Of a stretch of 64,000 bases of DNA, positions 21,906 through 31,667 are shown one piece after another. The position numbers were made by a program, and so were the translations under genes. Each line of letters starts with the position of its first letter. Position 1 is the first letter of the stretch. The DNA is from an uncultured Acidobacteriaceae bacterium (GTDB lineage Bacteria > Acidobacteriota > Terriglobia > Bryobacterales > Bryobacteraceae), in the NCBI GenBank assembly GCA_963778345.1, contig CAVZTP010000003.1, positions 41,408 to 105,407 on the forward strand. The letters run 5' to 3'. Below the pieces are notes generated by a model. That model did not search any database. It worked only from the letters and a program-made list of their open reading frames with translations, and was not told the DNA's origin.

Positions 21906-24169
21906 GGACGTCTCCGGAGGAGCCGAGCGCGGCTAACGCCGCCTGGCCTAGGCTGATGCCGCCATCGTTCGGCGGGACCGCGGAATTGGTCCAGATATGC
22001 ATCCCCTGCCGGTCAAGCCGCGGCTTCACAAGCGCGAGCAGCAGCTCGTTCTGAAAAACGCCGCCGGAGAGCACGACGGTGTCCAGAAGGTATGTTTCGC
22101 AGAGCTTAAGCGCGGCTGCGCAGAGGCCGTTCGCCATGCCTGAGTGGAATGCACGCGCGATTTCCGGTTGCGGCCGCCCGCGCAGGCGATCAGAAACAAC
22201 GCAGTCGAGTAACGGTCTGAAGTCCAGTTCATTGCCATCCAGCGGGAATGGATATGCTTCGCGAATCGGCGAGCGGATCGCGCAATCTGTTCGAGCCACA
22301 TCGCGGCTTGCCCTTCGAAAGAGATCTCACGCGTGAAACCCAGCAGAGCAGCGGCGGTATCGAAGAGTCGCCCGACTGAGGTGGTCTTGAAGGTCCGAAT
22401 GTTCTTGCTCAGAAGATCGAGAGAGGCGCGATAACGGCCGGAAAAATGGAAAGGCGGCGCTTCAAATCCGGCATGCGGTGGAGCTGGGAGAGGAATCCAG
22501 CCGCACATTGTACAGGGTATCGCGCGGCCGCATCTCCACCGGGTAAATACGCGCTTCGGAGATGCATGGCGCGAGTGAAGCCAGCGGTGATGCTGCCGAC
22601 GAAAAACTCGCCGCCCCAAATCGTTTGATCGTCACCGAAGCCCGTGCCATCGAAGCTGACGCCCACAACACGGGTATCCCAAGCCTGGCGTTCGGCGAGA
22701 ACGGAAGCGACGTGGGCGCGATGATGCTGAACGGCCGTTTTTCGCGCGGCCTGAAGATCGAGCGCGTAAGCGGTGGACGCATACTGAGGATGCGCGTCGT
22801 GCGCGAGCAGAAGGTCGCCGCGATTGACTTCATACATGGAAATCAGATCGTGAATCGTCGCCTGAAAAGCCTGGAATGACGAGTAATGCTCGAGGTCACC
22901 GATGTGCTGGCTGACGAACGCCTGCCCATCGACGACCAGCGTAATTGCGTTCTTGAGGTCCGCGCCAACCGCGAGAATCGGTTGGTGACATGGGATGGTG
23001 GTGACGGCGCCTGGCGCGTAGCCGCGGGAGCGGCGCAGTATGGCAGGGCCAAAAACGCCGGCGCGCGCAACGGAGTCATCCATTCGACGCGCAATCGGCC
23101 GCTCGCCAATGAGAAATGCATCGGCGATGCCCGCGAGACTTTCGCGCGCACTGGTGTCGAGATATGCGATCGGCTCACTGGACCGATTCGCGCTGGTCAT
23201 GACGAGAACATCGGGCGCACCCGCTGCAAACAGGAGATGGTGCAAAGGCGCATACGGCAGCATAACGCCCAGTTCGCCGTTATCGGGCGCGACTTCTGGA
23301 AGCTGCACTTTGGCTGGGGCTAAAACAATCGGGCGTGCAAGCGAGGTGAGCAGCGCTTCGGCATCGCGTGATAGCTGAATGAGCGCACGAGCGACTTTCA
23401 GATCGCGCACCATGACTGCGAATGGCTTCTCTTTGCGAAATTTTCGTTCACGAAGAGCATGGACGGCGCTGCTGTTGTGCGCGTCGCACGCCAGGTGATA
23501 GCCTCCGATGCCCTTGATGGCGATGATTTCGCCGGCATTCAGTAGCCGAGCGGCTGCCTCTATGCTGGCGCTGTCTCCGGAAACGGTCTCGTTGACCGAC
23601 TCCAGAAAGTAGTGAGGTCCGCAAGCCGGGCAGGCAATCGGTTGGGCGTGAAAGCGGCGATCGGCGGGATCAGAATGCTGCGCGGCGCACAAAGGATCGA
23701 GCGCCCAGTGCTTCATGGTTGTGTTCGGCCGATCATAGGGAAGCGCTTCGATTACCGAATAGCGAGGACCGCAGTTGGTGCAGTTGATATAGGGATAGCG
23801 GTAGCGCGAATCGGCAGGATCGAACAACTCCGCTAAGCAAGATTCACAGACAGGCAGGTCGGGAGATATACGGACTGATGGATTTCCGTTGCCACGGCTC
23901 TTTCGAATTGTGAAGCCGCTGAGGCCAACGGCATCGGACGCCTGAACGTCGATCGCCGTGATTTGAGAGGCGGCGGGCGGCTGCGCGACGAGCTCGGAGA
24001 GAAAAGTTTGTACAGCCGGCTCCGGACCTTCGACATGAATATCGACTCCTCCGGCTTCATTGAGAACCCAGCCGGCAAGAGAATTCGCGCAGGCCAGACG
24101 AAACACGAAAGGGCGGAAGCCGACGCCTTGCACGACGCCGCGAACACGGATGGAGCGCGCCGCCGTCAT
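21898..24169 (-). pseudogene. hypF: carbamoyltransferase HypF, two apparent frameshifts in the C-terminal third
   Basis: Acylphosphatase-like VRGVVQGVGFRPFV, zinc fingers CESCLAEL...CTNCGPRYS and CPACGPHY, and YrdC/Kae1-like regions. The gene is split over ORFs 22409..24169, 22026..22619 and 21898..22299, with frame changes near ~22485 and ~22275. Confidence 0.85.
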
Positions 24170-24412
24170 TTATTTAGAACCTACTCCCACGATGCAGCCG
24201 CGTCCTTGCCAGCCAATCTGTACGGCTTTGCCATCCTCAATGAGAACAGGGACTGTACGCCGGCCGTTCGTCGCCTCGAGCATGCGCTTGAGGGCGTTGG
24301 AATCGGCGTCGACGTCGTATTCGATGAACTCGCGGCTGTTCCATTCGAGCCATTCGCGCATCTCTTGCGTATAAGGGCAACCTGCTGTTCCGTAGAGCTC
24401 AGTTTTCGGCAT
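24170..24412 (-). CDS. small glutaredoxin-fold protein (Uxx-star/GlrX-like family candidate)
   Basis: 80 aa starting at the internal ATG 24412: MPKTELYGTAGCPYTQEMREWLE...RRTVPVLIEDGKAVQIGWQGRGC. The stop abuts the hypF start. Confidence 0.6.
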   Translation of the reverse strand: MPKTELYGTAGCPYTQEMREWLEWNSREFIEYDVDADSNALKRMLEATNGRRTVPVLIEDGKAVQIGWQGRGCIVGVGSK

Positions 24413-25586
24413 GATCAGGCGCCTGCAAGAGTTCGCGTATGAGGTGGTACACCGAAGCTTGCACTTCCTGGATGCGCGGGATGTAGTCGGAGTGAACGAC
24501 AAGGGCATGATCGGCCAAACCGCGCCGGAGAATTTCGCCGCCGTCGTAGCCCAACAGAGCGACTGTGAGCAGCTTGCGCTTGCGAGCTTCTTCAAGAGCA
24601 ATGATGATGTTCCGAGAGCCGCCGCTGGTGGATATTCCTACCGCCACGTCGGCGGGACCGGCTTGGGCAATGAGCTGGCGCAAGAAGATCACGTCGGCGC
24701 CGACATCGTTTGCCAGCGCGGTGATGTTGGCGGGTTCCATGGAAAGGGAAATGGCCGGAACCGGCTTGTATCCAGCAGGCGGCAGGACGCAATCAATCGC
24801 CCAGTCGTTGGCATCCGTCGCCGAACCGCCGTTGCCGAAGAGGATGAGCTTGCCGCCACGCGCCAGGCGCTCCCGAATCGCGAGCGCCGTTTCCACGATT
24901 TGTTCCGATTCTTCGCTGGCGACCTGCGCACGTAATTTCGCGTCTTCCCGCACTTTCATTTGAATGGAAGCAGCGACTTCATCGATGAGGCCGGAGCTTT
25001 CCTGCTTTTGCTGTCCAAGAAACGGATAGAGAAAACTCGCCTCGCCGGCATCGTGACCCAATTCGCGGCGCTCAAAGAAAACGTGTACCGTCTCCCAAAG
25101 CGTGTGATAGAGGATCTCGATCAGTTCCTGGTGCATGAAAGGATGGTTGGTTGTTTCGCCCAGCACGTACGTGCCGGCGGGGCCCGGCAGCGCGAAGGTC
25201 ATGCAGCCTCGCATGTCCATGGATTCGAGAGATGCGCAGATATCGGGATCGCTCTCGGGCGGACCAAAACCCATGACGATGTCCGCGGGGCGGGCAATGG
25301 CTTCGAGCCACGGACCGGAGAGCAGAGACAAATCGAGGGCAGGGAGGGCGCGCTTGCCGACGATCACCGGATGGACGAATTCAACCGAGACGTGCTGGGC
25401 ATCGGTCGCATACGGTCCTCGTCCGAACGCGAGCAGCCGGCCGCCTTTGAGAAAACGCTCGGACATCTCGCGACAGGCGATAGCAAGACGTTCCGCCTCG
25501 CGGGAGAAGAACGCATGGTACAGTTCGTTGCGGGCGTGCAGCGCACTTTCAACGCGGCCGGCAAGTTGGGAGAGGCTGGCCAGCAT
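24399..25586 (-). CDS. tandem SIS-domain (GmhA-like) protein
   Basis: 395 aa. The C-terminal half has canonical LFGNGGSATDANDWA and ISTSGGSRN. The N-terminal half is a degenerate copy (AFGRGPYATDAQHVSVEFVHP). Confidence 0.7.
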   Translation of the reverse strand: MLASLSQLAGRVESALHARNELYHAFFSREAERLAIACREMSERFLKGGRLLAFGRGPYATDAQHVSVEFVHPVIVGKRALPALDLSLLSGPWLEAIARPADIVMGFGPPESDPDICASLESMDMRGCMTFALPGPAGTYVLGETTNHPFMHQELIEILYHTLWETVHVFFERRELGHDAGEASFLYPFLGQQKQESSGLIDEVAASIQMKVREDAKLRAQVASEESEQIVETALAIRERLARGGKLILFGNGGSATDANDWAIDCVLPPAGYKPVPAISLSMEPANITALANDVGADVIFLRQLIAQAGPADVAVGISTSGGSRNIIIALEEARKRKLLTVALLGYDGGEILRRGLADHALVVHSDYIPRIQEVQASVYHLIRELLQAPDHAEN

Positions 25587-25587
25587 G

Positions 25588-26629
25588 TCAACAGATGCGC
25601 GGCAGGGGATCGCCTACAAGCATGTCGATCACGCGCGTTCCTCCGTATGCAGTAGTTCCGAGCACAGTAGCCGCAGGCTGATGGCGGATCTCACCAATGA
25701 GGGCGGCGTTTTCACCGCCGGGCGTTTGTTGAAGAATTTCGAGGGCCACATTCGCGTATTCCGGCGCAATGACCAACAGGAACTGACCTTCGCTGGCGAT
25801 ATGAAGGGGATCGAGACCGAGCAACTCGCATGCGCCACGCACGGTGTCGCGAAGCGGAACGCGTTCTTCAAACAGCAGCACGCTCAAGTTACAATCGCGG
25901 GCCAATTCATTCAGCGAGGTGGCCACACCGCCGCGGGTGGGATCGCGCATCCAACGAACGCCGGGGCCGGTTTTTTCGACCAGAGCCTCAATGAGCGGAA
26001 GCACGGAGCGGGTATCGGAGGAGATTTCACCTTCCAGATCGAGCTCGCCGCGGGCGAGAAGGATAGTGATGCCGTGATCGCCGACGGGGCCGCTGATCAG
26101 CACTTTATCGCCGGGGCGAACCGAGGCAGGCGAAATCGTGATGCCTGGAATCAGTCTGCCGATGCCGGCGGTTGTGACATACATGCCATCCGCTTTGCCG
26201 TGTTCGACAACTTTTGTATCGCCGCCTGAAATGATTACGCCGGCAGCATTCGCGGCTCTGCTCATGGCCCGGACTTGCGGCTTCGAGAATTTGAGTCGGA
26301 AGGCCAGCTTCGAGGACATAGGTCACGACCAAAGCTTCGGCTTTAGCGCCCGAGACGGCGAGATCGTTCACGGTTCCATTCACGGCGAGTTCACCGATCG
26401 ATCCGCCGGGGAAGGTCAGCGGCTTGACGACGAAACTGTCAGTGGTGATAGCGATCCGGGTTCCGTTCACGTTGAGGTGGGCCGCATCGCCGAGAGGTTC
26501 GGGCGATGTGCCAAATAGGAGCGGCGCAAACAGGCCTTCGACCAGCCTGCGGCTGGCCTTACCTCCGGCTCCGTGAGCCATCTCGATTTGCGAGTCGCGG
26601 AACCGAATTTTGGGCGAGTCGGCACTCAT
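25588..26629 (-). pseudogene. hypE: hydrogenase maturation protein HypE, one apparent frameshift
   Basis: The N-terminal part (AHGAGGKASRRL...NDLAVSGA) is in ORF 26105..26656. The remainder (AAGVIISGGDTKVV...) is in ORF 25588..26319 and ends with the HypE C-terminal PRIC. Frame change near ~26280. Confidence 0.85.
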
Positions 26630-26642
26630 GCGCGGCTTTTCG

Positions 26643-27767
26643 TCAGACTGCTGCACTAAGCTGAGCGAGGTTCTTGCGGTGCTCGTAATTGTAGTAAGCG
26701 GCGCAGGAGCCTTCGGAAGAGACCATCAGGGCGCCCACGGGACGCTCCGGCGTACACTCCTTTCCGAAGAGCTTACATTGCACGGGCTTCAAAACACCCT
26801 TCAGCACTTCGCCGCATTGCGCCGCTTTGGGGTCTGTCACGCGGACGCCGGACACGGAGAAGCGCCTCTCGGAATCCCATTCGGCATAGCTGTCGCGAAT
26901 CCGCAGAGCGGATTGGGAAATGAAACCCATGCCCCGCCATTCAAAGTAGTTGCGCAACGCGAAGACTTCGGCCATGGCCTTGAGGGCGGCGCGATTTCCT
27001 TCCCACGGCACAACACGCTTGTACTGATTTTCGACTTTGGCTTCGCTTGCCTTGAGCTGTTGCAGAAGCATCAGGATGGTTTGCAAGATGTCGACGGCCT
27101 CAAACCCGGAGACGACGATCGGTTTGCCTTCATTGCGCGCCACCCACTCGTAAGGCCGGCAGCCGATCACGGTGGAAACGTGTCCCGGCCCTAGGAACGC
27201 GTCGATGCGCATATCGGGCGAATCGAGAATCGCGCGAATGGCAGGGATGATGGTCACGTGATTACAGAAGACGGAGAAATTACGCACGCCCAGGGCTTTC
27301 GCGCGCATTAACGTCAGGGCAGTGGAAGGCGCGGTGGTTTCAAAGCCGATGGCGAAAAAAAGAACGTGTTTCTCGGGATTTTTTTGCGCGATTTTCAATG
27401 CGTCGGAAGGCGAGTATACGATGCGTACATCCATTCCGCGCGCTTTGTGTTCAAGAGGACTGCCTTCACGGCCGGGGACTCGCATCATATCGCCGAACGC
27501 GGTGAAAATCACGTTGGGATCTTTCGCGAGGGATAATCCATCGTCGATACGCCCCATGGGAAGAACACAAACGGGGCAGCCAGGGCCGTGCACCAGTTCA
27601 ATGTTGGGCGGCAGCAGATCTTTTAAGCCGAAACGATAGATGGCGTGCGTGTGTCCGCCGCAGACCTCCATGAAACGGTAATGACGGCCGGGGTCGGCGA
27701 GGCGTCGAATTTCGTCGGCGGCTTTGGTGATCACGACGGGATCGCGAAATTCGTCTACGTATTTCAT
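26643..27767 (-). CDS. hypD: hydrogenase maturation protein HypD
   Basis: 374 aa with EVCGGHTH, GPGCPVCV and GFETTAP motifs. Confidence 0.9.
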   Translation of the reverse strand: MKYVDEFRDPVVITKAADEIRRLADPGRHYRFMEVCGGHTHAIYRFGLKDLLPPNIELVHGPGCPVCVLPMGRIDDGLSLAKDPNVIFTAFGDMMRVPGREGSPLEHKARGMDVRIVYSPSDALKIAQKNPEKHVLFFAIGFETTAPSTALTLMRAKALGVRNFSVFCNHVTIIPAIRAILDSPDMRIDAFLGPGHVSTVIGCRPYEWVARNEGKPIVVSGFEAVDILQTILMLLQQLKASEAKVENQYKRVVPWEGNRAALKAMAEVFALRNYFEWRGMGFISQSALRIRDSYAEWDSERRFSVSGVRVTDPKAAQCGEVLKGVLKPVQCKLFGKECTPERPVGALMVSSEGSCAAYYNYEHRKNLAQLSAAV

Positions 27768-27769
27768 AT

Positions 27770-28081
27770 TCAGTTCCCCGGCAAATCGCGCGGTTGCGGG
27801 CCGGCGGCGTCGCCTGAACCGTAGCCTTCGACCTCTTCCAGAACTGCCTGGCTTTCGCCCAGCATCGCGAGCATACGCAATTGATCTTGGGCTTGTTCTT
27901 CGCCGATCTTGCTCATCGCAAAGCCGACGTGAACCAGGACCCAGTCTCCGACTTTCAAGGCCTCGTCCTGCAGCAGCCCCGTGTCGATGTGACGCCGCAC
28001 TCCGACAACTTCGACGAGCGCGCGATTTTGGTCGTCAGCGGGTAAAAGCTCAACAATCCTGGCAGGTATTGCGAGACACAT
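27770..28081 (-). CDS. hypC: hydrogenase assembly chaperone HypC
   Basis: Starts with MCLAIPARIV. 103 aa with an extended acidic/Pro-rich tail. Confidence 0.85.
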   Translation of the reverse strand: MCLAIPARIVELLPADDQNRALVEVVGVRRHIDTGLLQDEALKVGDWVLVHVGFAMSKIGEEQAQDQLRMLAMLGESQAVLEEVEGYGSGDAAGPQPRDLPGN

Positions 28082-28861
28082 CTACAAACCCTCCAAGGCG
28101 ATGAGGCGCTCGATCCGCTTCACCGCTTCGTCAATTGCAATCGAAACAGGTTCGCTCAGGCCCATTTGACCTTCTTCACCGCCGAGCGTGGCCGGTTCGC
28201 AGCCGACCAGCACGATACGGGCCGCGACGGGTCCCAGGGCTTTCGCCAGGCGAAGAACGTTCATGGGATTCATGGTGTGTGCGTCGAGGGCGATGGGCGC
28301 CGCGGAACCGGCTGCTTCGTTTAGGTCGGGCTCAATGATATAGACCGCGCCAGGCTCCTGGCCGCGCGGGCATGCATCGATCAAAATGACGAGTTCGTAG
28401 GGTTCCAGTAATGCGTAGGCGAGATCGTAACCCCGAATTCCGAAGTCGCGTACGTGCACGCTCGCGGGAAACTCCTGCTTGGCGAGCCGCCGCGCCACTT
28501 CGACACCGAAACCGTCATCTCCCAAGAAAATGTTGCCAATACCGGCTACAAGAATCTTCGGTTTTGCGTAGGGCTCGATCTCCTCAGGCTTGAAGAAAAA
28601 GCGGTGGCCTGGCTGCCGAAGCACGCCTAGATCTTTGCCCGGATCGTTTTCGAGCACGACTGCTACGTGCAGATTGCCTTCGTAATCCTGCTCGATGGTT
28701 TCGACAACCGCTGTCTGCCCCGCCAGCGCCAAGTCAAATATGTCGCCTCCGGGCCGGGGATGAAGCACCACCCGGTCACCTTTCCTGACCTCGCAACCGG
28801 CGATCTCAATCGATTCCGCAGAGGCCTTGTCTTCGAGCAGCTGCCATTCCCATTCGTTCAT
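28082..28861 (-). CDS. hydrogenase maturation endopeptidase with ~100-aa N-terminal extension
   Basis: The C-terminal ~160 aa carry ILVAGIGNIFLGDDGFGVEVA, LILIDA and LDAHTMNP (HyaD/HupD-like). The N-terminal ~100 aa are an extra domain of unknown function. Confidence 0.75.
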   Translation of the reverse strand: MNEWEWQLLEDKASAESIEIAGCEVRKGDRVVLHPRPGGDIFDLALAGQTAVVETIEQDYEGNLHVAVVLENDPGKDLGVLRQPGHRFFFKPEEIEPYAKPKILVAGIGNIFLGDDGFGVEVARRLAKQEFPASVHVRDFGIRGYDLAYALLEPYELVILIDACPRGQEPGAVYIIEPDLNEAAGSAAPIALDAHTMNPMNVLRLAKALGPVAARIVLVGCEPATLGGEEGQMGLSEPVSIAIDEAVKRIERLIALEGL

Positions 28862-29799
28862 GGCGACTCCTCACGAGCTTGACGCAGACCACGCAAGGCA
28901 CCGTGCATTTTCATCAACTGCTCGGGCGGCATGGATTCGGTTCGCTCAAGGATCCGGCGGGCGCGGTCATCCACGGTGCTCATTTCGAGCTTCTCCTCAT
29001 CGGTCAGGGTCATGATGCGGAGCGTAAGAATTTCGTCTATTTCGGTTCCATCGAACAATGCACCGGCGCTTTCGGGTGCGATTTGCGGATAGTCGTACAA
29101 GATAATGGGCGAGGAGAGCATGACATCATGGCAGCCTTCGTCGCCCACCAGGACCGGATAGGTTCCCAGGTTCCGGCATTGGGAGGCGGCCGCCCGGTAC
29201 TCGTCAGGCGGGTCGAGCAAGGAGACGAAATCCGCACCTTCGAGTTCGAGTATGACGTGTGCGGATGCGAGGGACTGTGCCAGCGCGCGTTCCCGGCTGG
29301 ATGATTTGGCTTCATCGAGAAGCGTGGTGTTCGAGACATCCACTCGAACCTTAAACAAGCCATTCGCGAGCTGTGCAACCTGTATGTCGATCATCCCCTC
29401 GATGGGTTCACGAAGCCTCACAAAGCGCTCGTCCGTTTCGCGGCTCGCCGGATAAGAAAATGCGTGCCGCGCCGGCCCGAGGGCAAGCTCCGCCACAGGT
29501 AGATTTCGAACCGGCACGTCACGTTCGGTGGCTTCCTGCCAGCCATCGTCGCGGTCGATGAGATGAAGAAATCGAGCGGTGACATGGAGAGCCGCGCCAG
29601 GTGCAAGCGAGGTCACCAGACACTCGGTTTGGGTGTTCCATCGATCGGCACCCTGTTGCGCTTCGGCAAAGGCTCGCGGATACAATATGCCAAAATTCCA
29701 ACGCCGGCGGTTCTTTACAGCGGACGCCCGGTAGGGATAAAGAAGATAACCCTCATAGAGGATGGCGTTCGCGATCTCATCTACTTTTTGGCGGTTCAT
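28858..29799 (-). CDS. hydrogenase-cluster conserved hypothetical protein
   Basis: 313-aa ORF whose ends overlap the neighbouring genes by 4 nt. No domain recognised. Confidence 0.5.
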   Translation of the reverse strand: MNRQKVDEIANAILYEGYLLYPYRASAVKNRRRWNFGILYPRAFAEAQQGADRWNTQTECLVTSLAPGAALHVTARFLHLIDRDDGWQEATERDVPVRNLPVAELALGPARHAFSYPASRETDERFVRLREPIEGMIDIQVAQLANGLFKVRVDVSNTTLLDEAKSSSRERALAQSLASAHVILELEGADFVSLLDPPDEYRAAASQCRNLGTYPVLVGDEGCHDVMLSSPIILYDYPQIAPESAGALFDGTEIDEILTLRIMTLTDEEKLEMSTVDDRARRILERTESMPPEQLMKMHGALRGLRQAREESP

Positions 29800-30446
29800 G
29801 CGCGCACCGGGTCCTGTTCCATGGCGAGGAGCGTTTCGAGCGTTTGCTCCCAGGTAGGAATTGCGTGCTGAACTTTGTAGTCGTAGAGGCGCTCAAAAAC
29901 ATCGCGCCTCAGACAGAGCCAGGCACTATTTGGATAATAATAGTCCATCATTTGGCGCCAGGTGCGAACCGGCAGACGGTAGCGCGCCTCGGTGTTCCAG
30001 GAAATCGGGGACACTTGCAGCGCGCCTTCGGGACCAGCGTAGAAGACAGTTCCGCTGAAAAGCAGATTCAGCGGAATGTCGCCGTCCGAAACAGCGTGGA
30101 AATATTTTGTTGCCGCGACGTTGAAGTCGAATGTGCAGGGCACCTGCAGATCGGAGGTGGTTTGGCCTTGGAAGGATGTGATGACGACGCTTGCGTGGGT
30201 CCACAGCATCGGTCGAAGAGTCTGACCCCAGCGTTCGGGTTGATCGAACAAGTCGCGCAAAGATTTTTTCTCGACGGCATTGTACTGGCGGCGATTCGCT
30301 TCGATTTGAATTTGCGCGCGAAGGGCAATCGTGTGAATTGTCTCTTCAGGGATGGCGTTCTCGACGTGCAATTTCAGAGCGAGTGACGGCTGCGCAGAGA
30401 AGGGAACGGCCTCCGCTCCATGCACACGAAACCTCAGATCAGGCAT
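29796..30446 (-). CDS. conserved hydrogenase-associated protein (DUF6084-like, from memory)
   Basis: 216-aa ORF at the position seen in group 1h clusters after the DUF5947-like gene. The assignment rests on recalled synteny, not on a motif. Confidence 0.45.
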   Translation of the reverse strand: MPDLRFRVHGAEAVPFSAQPSLALKLHVENAIPEETIHTIALRAQIQIEANRRQYNAVEKKSLRDLFDQPERWGQTLRPMLWTHASVVITSFQGQTTSDLQVPCTFDFNVAATKYFHAVSDGDIPLNLLFSGTVFYAGPEGALQVSPISWNTEARYRLPVRTWRQMMDYYYPNSAWLCLRRDVFERLYDYKVQHAIPTWEQTLETLLAMEQDPVRA

Positions 30447-31089
30447 ATGCGCTCTCCCGGGAAGCGCGGGTTTTCAATTCCTCGAAAAATAAACCAATGT
30501 GTTTCCAAACCTCCGGCCCGCCGGAGAGGCCACGCCATTGGGCACGGATCAGCCCAACCAGCTCATAGCACTTGTCGATGGGAGCTATGTAATACTCGCC
30601 GCCGCCGGTGTGTGCCTGCTCGATTCTATTCACCAGAAGCGCTTCGACGTCCGGCTCCATTTTCATCAGAATCGGGTTCTGCTGAACGATTTCGTTCCAC
30701 GCCGCGATGGAAGGGATAGATTCCGTCGCGCCGGCGGGACTCGGATAGAAGGCGAAAATTCTGTCTTCCACACTGGTTTCGAGGAAAAACGCCAGGCCAA
30801 TGGGAATCATGAGGTCATCCCATTGCGCGTCGCTTAGATGAAAATTTTGAAGAGCGCGGGTGCGGCGCGGCACACGCTTGTATTTTGTCTCGCCTTTTGC
30901 GTGAAAAAGAACGGCACAGGCATCGCAAGAACAGAGGAGTTTTCGCGCAACCGGTTCGAGAAGGTGTTGGTGTTCCGAATGCAGGCCGGCTCCGCAAAGC
31001 TCGCAGCGTTCTCTGGGATCGCGCCGGCGGACTAAACCGCGCAGCGCATTAAATGAGCCGTATTGCGCCTCGGGCATAACGGAATTCAT
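30439..31089 (-). CDS. conserved hydrogenase-associated protein with Cys motifs (DUF5947-like, from memory)
   Basis: 216 aa with CELCGAGL...CSCDAC, a zinc-ribbon-like pair. Its position downstream of the NifU-like gene matches actinobacterial group 1h clusters. Confidence 0.45.
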   Translation of the reverse strand: MNSVMPEAQYGSFNALRGLVRRRDPRERCELCGAGLHSEHQHLLEPVARKLLCSCDACAVLFHAKGETKYKRVPRRTRALQNFHLSDAQWDDLMIPIGLAFFLETSVEDRIFAFYPSPAGATESIPSIAAWNEIVQQNPILMKMEPDVEALLVNRIEQAHTGGGEYYIAPIDKCYELVGLIRAQWRGLSGGPEVWKHIGLFFEELKTRASRESAYA

Positions 31090-31661
31090 GAACGGCTCAA
31101 AGTGCGAGCGGGTCCGGATCCGTTGGCGATTTGCAAGCTGTCGAGCGGCACGAACCCGGAAGCGGATTCGGTCTGGGCCGATTCAATCATGATTTCGGCC
31201 GCATCCGGAGCTGTCTCGAATAGGGAGGCTCGAACGATTGACTGCAACTCGGCAGTGGTGGATCCGCAGGCGTGGCCATTGGTGTCGATTTTCAACCTGA
31301 CGGTAGCCTGATCGACGGCGAGCACGTGGACCGTCGCGGCACGGCGAGCCAAGATTTGCCGGGCCTTTTCCACACCGCGATGAACGCGAGTCGGAAAGTC
31401 CTCCGGGTGCAGATCATATAAGACAAGCAAGCTGCCGACCAGTTCATCCGCACCAAGGGACCGAACCATTCCTGCGCCTTGCTCTCCTGTTTTCGCGACA
31501 ATCTCAAGAATGCGCTCCATGGCCGCGCTGTGCAGATCCATGACCGATTGGAGCAGCTCTTTCGCCGCAGCCCGCATTGCCGGATCGGCAGTCGATTCTA
31601 TGTTTTGAATCAACTCCTCGATCCGGCCGATTTGTTCTTTGAAGGCCTGCGTGTCTCGCAT
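31086..31661 (-). CDS. NifU-like / hydrogenase accessory protein
   Basis: 191-aa ORF immediately downstream of the large subunit. The assignment is by position and weak similarity to a NifU C-terminal fold. Confidence 0.4.
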   Translation of the reverse strand: MRDTQAFKEQIGRIEELIQNIESTADPAMRAAAKELLQSVMDLHSAAMERILEIVAKTGEQGAGMVRSLGADELVGSLLVLYDLHPEDFPTRVHRGVEKARQILARRAATVHVLAVDQATVRLKIDTNGHACGSTTAELQSIVRASLFETAPDAAEIMIESAQTESASGFVPLDSLQIANGSGPARTLSRS

Positions 31662-31667
31662 AGCGAG

